From Raphidiopsis brookii D9 (GTDB lineage: Bacteria > Cyanobacteriota > Cyanobacteriia > Cyanobacteriales > Nostocaceae), in contig ACYB01000021.1 of NCBI GenBank assembly GCA_000175855.1, positions 1-32,000 on the forward strand: a stretch of 32,000 nucleotides of DNA, in the 5' to 3' direction. The stretch's first letter is position 1. Every line of letters starts with the position of its first letter. Under the pieces are notes generated by a model. It was given only the letters and a program-made list of their open reading frames with translations, had not been told where the DNA came from and did not search any database. The position numbers and the translations under genes were made by a program. This document shows positions 27,476-32,000 of the stretch, piece after piece.

Positions 27476-28249
27476 CTACTTTTGTCGATTTACCAGAGTT
27501 GCACTGGCCTGATCTACTGGCATTAATATCACCTGGTTAATATTAACATGAGCAGGTCTTGTGGCACAGAAAAATATCACATCTGCTACATCCTGAGCAG
27601 TTAGTGGTTTTATTCCTTCATAAACTTTCTTGGCTCTTTCTTGATCTCCATGAAATCGCACCTGACTAAATTCCGTTTCCACCATGCCAGGATCAATGGA
27701 GGTTACTCTTATGGGGGTTCCTAATAAATCCAATTTCAGACCTTCGGAAATAGCTTTTACTGCTGCTTTACTTCCACAATAAACATTCCCTCCAGGATAG
27801 GTTTGATGACCAGCGATGGAACCAATGTTTATAATATGACCACTACCCCGGTCTACCATACCCGGTAAGACATAACGGGTTAAGTATAGTAACCCCTTGA
27901 TGTTAGTATCGATCATTTCTTCCCAATCTTCAATATCGCCTAAATATAACTTATCCAATCCCCTACTTAACCCAGCATTATTAATCAAAATATCAACTTC
28001 TGACCATGGTGAAGGTAAGCTACCAATTGCCAGTTCCACCGCTGTTCTGTCTCTCACATCTAATTGCAGCAAATGGGTTTCTGTTTTATATAATTCATAT
28101 AGCTGCTGTGCTTGACATTCTAGATTTTCCAGTCTTCTTCCAGCTAAGATTAGTCTGCAATTTTCTTGCCCAAATACTGTCGCACAAGCAGCACCTATAC
28201 CACTACTTGCACCTGTAATTAATACGGTTTTGTCGCTAATTTTGGTCAT
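27476..28249 (-). CDS. SDR family NAD(P)-dependent oxidoreductase
   Basis: 257 aa; VLITGASSGIGAACA, INNAGLSRG, NIGSIAGHQTYPGGNVYCGSKAAVKAI (catalytic Ser/Tyr/Lys), VEFSQVRFHGD. Confidence 0.93.
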   Translation of the reverse strand: MTKISDKTVLITGASSGIGAACATVFGQENCRLILAGRRLENLECQAQQLYELYKTETHLLQLDVRDRTAVELAIGSLPSPWSEVDILINNAGLSRGLDKLYLGDIEDWEEMIDTNIKGLLYLTRYVLPGMVDRGSGHIINIGSIAGHQTYPGGNVYCGSKAAVKAISEGLKLDLLGTPIRVTSIDPGMVETEFSQVRFHGDQERAKKVYEGIKPLTAQDVADVIFFCATRPAHVNINQVILMPVDQASATLVNRQK

Positions 28250-28431
28250 TGTAAAATTTAAATTACATTTTTAAAACCCAAATAAATGTATCATATTCAA
28301 ATCCACTAGTCATGCGATCGCCTGGGCATTTAGTAGGATGGGTTATTTGTCGAGCTATGGGGAGTATCAGACGTTAACTATCCTACATTACACATTTTTT
28401 ATTATTGTATAGCCTATACAAGCGTAAAAAT

Positions 28432-28623
28432 CTAGTATGGAACTACCTGAACTCTGCCCGCATCCATTTCTGCCATTAACAGCTCTAGAGCTTCGTAGTC
28501 AACGTCTGAAATATAACCTAATTGGGTGAGTTCCGAATTAATCTGATTCTCAATTTCCAGTGTCAGCTTTTTTGTTTGCAGAGCCTTTTCCACAAGCTGA
28601 CGTATTGCGTATTTTGTGTTCAT
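28432..28623 (-). CDS. Small conserved-looking hypothetical protein
   Basis: 63 aa, plausible composition: IRQLVEKALQTKKLTLEIENQINSELTQLGYISDVDYEALELLMAEMDAGRVQVVPY; no competing ORF. Confidence 0.6.
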   Translation of the reverse strand: MNTKYAIRQLVEKALQTKKLTLEIENQINSELTQLGYISDVDYEALELLMAEMDAGRVQVVPY

Positions 28624-28922
28624 AACTAACTAACTGGTTGTAATTATTACTCATTACCTGAAATTAAAACACTAGTTCACACTCCCGGAGCTGGAGATTA
28701 TTTTGTAGTTGGCGAATAAAAAAGAGCGGACATATTCGATAGGATGGTATTTTAGCATATAAAAGAATAATTAACTAAAATCCCGACTTTTTTTAACATT
28801 TTTTCATAATAGATGGAATTTGGTAGAATGGATCTGTAGAATTGAGAATTATTTGACCGAAAAAAGTTCCCTTGGCTAGAATGATAAGTAATAGCTACTA
28901 ATTAACTCCAAAATAATAAAAA

Positions 28923-31529
28923 GTGACTGTTTCAGTAAAAGAACTAATAACACCGGACATTTTAAAACCGGCACGCTACCTAGGGAATGAGTACTTAGCC
29001 ATACATAAACCATGGGAGCAGGCCAAAGTGAGATGGGTTTTAAGCTACCCAGAAGTATATGAGGTAGGAGCTTCCAACCTAGGACATGTTATCCTTTATA
29101 ACATCCTCAATGCCCAGCGGAATCAACTGTGTGATCGATCTTACCTTCCTGCACCCGATCTAGGTGCGAAATTGCGTCAAACTCAAACGCCCCTGTTTGC
29201 AGTAGAGTCAAAACGCCAGTTAAAAGACTTCGACATTATCGGATTTAGCCTCAGCTATGAACTGGGGGCGACAAATATCCTGGAAATGTTGGATTTAGCC
29301 GGAATACCGCTCATGCGGGAACAAAGAGGAGGGGAGTACCCGTTAATTTTTGCTGGTGGACAAACAGCAACCTCAAACCCCGAACCTTACACTGACTTTT
29401 TTGATTTTATCGCCCTGGGTGATGGAGAGGAACTGCTGCCAGAAATTGGACTGGTCATAGAAGAGGGTAAAGCAGGGGGTCTAAGTCGAGAAGAACTGCT
29501 GTGGGATTTAGCACAAATTCCAGGTGTGTATGTGCCACAGTTTTATAAAATGGCAAATGGTCAAATAAGAGCTTTGCGACCGGATGTACCGCAAAGAATT
29601 ATTAGAAGAGTAGCTGTGCCCATACCTGCCTATTCTATAGGTCTAGTGCCATATATGGAAACAGTGCATGATCGTTTAACAATAGAAATCAGAAGAGGTT
29701 GTACCCGTGGTTGTAGGTTTTGTCAACCAGGGATGTTGACAAGACCAGCCAGGGATGTGGAGCCAGAAAAAGTGGTAGAAGCCATAGTTGATGGAATGCA
29801 CAAAACAGGCTATAATGAATTCTCACTGTTATCTTTAAGTTGTTCCGATTATTTATCCCTACCTGCAGTGGGGATGGAAATCAAAAACCGCCTAAAGAAT
29901 GAAAATATTACCCTGTCTTTACCTTCCCAAAGAGTGGATAGATTCGATGAAAATATTGCTAAGATATTAGGAGGGACAAGACAAGGGAGCTTGACCTTCG
30001 CACCGGAGGCGGGTAGTCAACGGATGCGCGATATTATTAACAAAGGTCTAACCAACGAAGAGTTATTGCGGGGCATAAAAACAGCTTGGGAAAAAGGTTG
30101 GGATAAAATCAAGTTGTATTTTATGATTGGATTGCCAGGGGAAACGGATGCGGATATCCTGGCCATAGCAGAAACCGTCAGATGGTTACAACGAGAATGT
30201 CGCGCCCAGGACAGAAGGTCTATCAGCTTTAACCTGACAGTCTCTAATTTTACACCTAAACCTCACACACCTTTTCAGTGGCATTCTGTTTCCACATCGG
30301 AATTTGTCCGCAAGCAAAACCTACTCAAGCAGGAATTTCGCCGAACCAGGAATGTAAAGGTGAATTTTACCGATGTTCGTCTTTCTGCAATGGAAGACTT
30401 CATTGGTAGGGGAGATCGGACTTTAGGGAAGGTTCTCAAACGAGCATGGGAATTGGGTGCAGGAATGGACTCCTGGTATGACAGTGTAGAAACTGCTTTT
30501 CGAGCTTGGGGAGAAGCTATTTCTCAAGCAGGACTGGACTGGAAATACCGCCAGGTAGAAAATGGTGAATGGAATGTAATGGAAATGGGAAATGACAATT
30601 TCATTAACTTCGATTCTCGATTGGAAGCACCTTTACCATGGGATCATATAGATACCGGGATTGATAAAAGGTGGTTACAAGAAGATCTAAAACGGGCTTT
30701 AGCTGCGGCAATCGTTCCCGATTGTTCTTTTGAGGGTTGTTCCCATTGTGGTGTCTGTAGTACAGATTTCGGTCACAATGTGGTAATTAAACCCTACCCC
30801 ATACCAGGGTTCGCAGGCGATTTTGTTCCTAATACCACCAGGGTGCAAAGGTTGAGGGTGTGGTTTGGTAAACAAGATGATATGGCTTTGGTCGGTCACT
30901 TGGATTTGATGCGGTTATTTGATAGGGTAATTAGAAGAGCGGGTTTACCAATTGCTTTTACTGGAGGATTTCATCCCCATCCCCGCATTGCTCTAGCAAG
31001 TGCTTTGTCTGTGGGTAGTACCAGCAGTGGGGAAATTTTGGATCTGGAATTAACCCAATCCATGGATCTAGAAGACTTTCGTTGCCAATTGGTACACCAA
31101 CTTCCCTCCCATATCCCCATATATCAAGTCCAAGAAATAGACTTGTCATCACCTGCTGCTAATCAATCTATGGTAGCAGCTGAATACTTGCTCACCATTT
31201 CTACTTCAGAACTAATTAACGCACAAACATGGCAAAATTGGATAGTATCCATATTAGCTAGAAAAGAGATTTTGTCAGAACATCAGACAAAGTCTGGGAA
31301 GCAGCAAATCATAAATCTGCGCGATCGCCTGTTTGAGCTAAGTCTAGTCAAATTAGAAAACTCATCAGTGGAATCTGAAGCCATTGTGCGTTATTTGGGT
31401 AGCTGTCGTCATGATGGTGTGATCTTGCGTCCTGAGCAAATATTGTTTATGCTGGAGATGGTGACCAGTGTAAAATTTCAACTTTTGCATATCCACCGTA
31501 ATCGGATAGTTTTGGGAACCGCAAATTAG
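28923..31529 (+). CDS. TIGR03960-family B12-binding-like/radical SAM protein fused to a DUF2344/TIGR03936 domain
   Basis: 868 aa; RRGCTRGCRFCQPGMLTRPARDVEPEKVVEAIVDGMHKTGYNEFSLLSLSCSDY (CxxxCxxC); C-terminal RLRVWFGKQDDMALVGHLDLMRLFDRVIRRAGLPIAFTGGFHPHPRIALASALSVG. Confidence 0.93.
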   Translation: MTVSVKELITPDILKPARYLGNEYLAIHKPWEQAKVRWVLSYPEVYEVGASNLGHVILYNILNAQRNQLCDRSYLPAPDLGAKLRQTQTPLFAVESKRQLKDFDIIGFSLSYELGATNILEMLDLAGIPLMREQRGGEYPLIFAGGQTATSNPEPYTDFFDFIALGDGEELLPEIGLVIEEGKAGGLSREELLWDLAQIPGVYVPQFYKMANGQIRALRPDVPQRIIRRVAVPIPAYSIGLVPYMETVHDRLTIEIRRGCTRGCRFCQPGMLTRPARDVEPEKVVEAIVDGMHKTGYNEFSLLSLSCSDYLSLPAVGMEIKNRLKNENITLSLPSQRVDRFDENIAKILGGTRQGSLTFAPEAGSQRMRDIINKGLTNEELLRGIKTAWEKGWDKIKLYFMIGLPGETDADILAIAETVRWLQRECRAQDRRSISFNLTVSNFTPKPHTPFQWHSVSTSEFVRKQNLLKQEFRRTRNVKVNFTDVRLSAMEDFIGRGDRTLGKVLKRAWELGAGMDSWYDSVETAFRAWGEAISQAGLDWKYRQVENGEWNVMEMGNDNFINFDSRLEAPLPWDHIDTGIDKRWLQEDLKRALAAAIVPDCSFEGCSHCGVCSTDFGHNVVIKPYPIPGFAGDFVPNTTRVQRLRVWFGKQDDMALVGHLDLMRLFDRVIRRAGLPIAFTGGFHPHPRIALASALSVGSTSSGEILDLELTQSMDLEDFRCQLVHQLPSHIPIYQVQEIDLSSPAANQSMVAAEYLLTISTSELINAQTWQNWIVSILARKEILSEHQTKSGKQQIINLRDRLFELSLVKLENSSVESEAIVRYLGSCRHDGVILRPEQILFMLEMVTSVKFQLLHIHRNRIVLGTAN

Positions 31530-31861
31530 GCCTAGTTACATCAGTGAATTTATTAAGTCAGAGAGTGTCAAGGGAAAATAGGGGGAAAACCCTGTCCGTT
31601 GAGCGGAACTTTTTGATAGAATGCTACTAGATTGGTAGACCCATGGTTCTACCCCGAGGTCTCCAAACTCTTAGCAATGATCAAGCGTGTGCAACCCAAT
31701 TACCCAATTACAAAAGGCCATGGGCTTCCTGGTTTGTGAAGCCGTGTCCGTGAGGAAAATTTTTATTACCAGTAGCAGTCCTAGGGCTACCAGTGGGGCT
31801 AGAGGTATAAAATAAGCTCCTCTTAATCCCCATTGGTGCTGCCAATTTTTGAGGAACTTGA

Positions 31862-32000
31862 ATGCCAAAACAAATTATAATCGCAGAACAGCATCAAATT
31901 GCTGCCGTATTTTCCGAAGATCAAATACAAGAACTAGTTGTAGCAACTGGTCATCACCAGATTGGTGATATCTATTTAGGGGTTGTGGAGAATGTATTAC
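31862..32000 (+). CDS. rne: Ribonuclease E/G, N-terminus only (runs off window)
   Basis: Open frame from ATG 31862 to the edge: MPKQIIIAEQHQIAAVFSEDQIQELVVATGHHQIGDIYLGVVENVL, the S1-proximal N-terminus typical of cyanobacterial RNase E/G. Missing from the ORF track because it is incomplete. Confidence 0.85.
   Translation, partial: MPKQIIIAEQHQIAAVFSEDQIQELVVATGHHQIGDIYLGVVENVL

Larger units (their letters stand above)
871..28321. repeat. HIP1 octamers (GCGATCGC) scattered across the window
   Basis: Examples: 871-878, 1892-1899, 2234-2241, 2713-2720, 28314-28321, plus others near 11.2, 15.86, 19.68, 20.2, 25.5, 26.4, 26.66 and 31.3 kb. Confidence 0.9.

Noticed and set aside
31671-31868. 65-aa minus-strand hydrophobic ORF
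   Set aside because: Overlaps the RNase E/G start codon region on the opposite strand and has no recognised family; likely chance ORF in the rne leader, though its hydrophobicity makes a quick homology check worthwhile.

Overview
A 32 kb chromosomal window from a filamentous (Nostocales-like) cyanobacterium. The lineage call is an inference from the protein families and the many HIP1 (GCGATCGC) octamers. Most of it is housekeeping and metabolic: carB, a group-2 sigma factor, a DUF760 protein, a NUDIX hydrolase, a VapBC-type toxin-antitoxin pair, HemJ, a DUF6671-like protein, an alpha/beta hydrolase, a D-Ala-D-Ala carboxypeptidase (PBP4/S13), cobO, two small membrane/cell-wall proteins, a tandem M16 peptidase pair, a divergent Mn-type ABC transporter locus, a deoxyhypusine-synthase-like protein, a CbiG C-terminal/CobE-like protein, a Mo-nitrogenase C-terminal-domain protein, a creatininase-family protein, an ACT-malic enzyme, MiaE, an SDR, a TIGR03960-type radical SAM protein and the start of an RNase E/G gene running off the right edge. 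I found no CRISPR array, tRNA, rRNA, intact transposase, prophage or clearly novel defence system. The most notable points are: (1) a 4-Cys Ser/Thr-kinase-like protein that appears to have lost the kinase C-lobe in frame; (2) an AAA-ATPase/PD-(D/E)XK gene split by an internal deletion, with its nuclease part still open; (3) an M16 pair whose catalytic motifs are divided between subunits; (4) an uncharacterised nested-stem element between a membrane-protein gene and cobO; (5) a functionally unknown radical SAM protein next to rne; (6) a remnant alpha/beta hydrolase beside the toxin-antitoxin pair.
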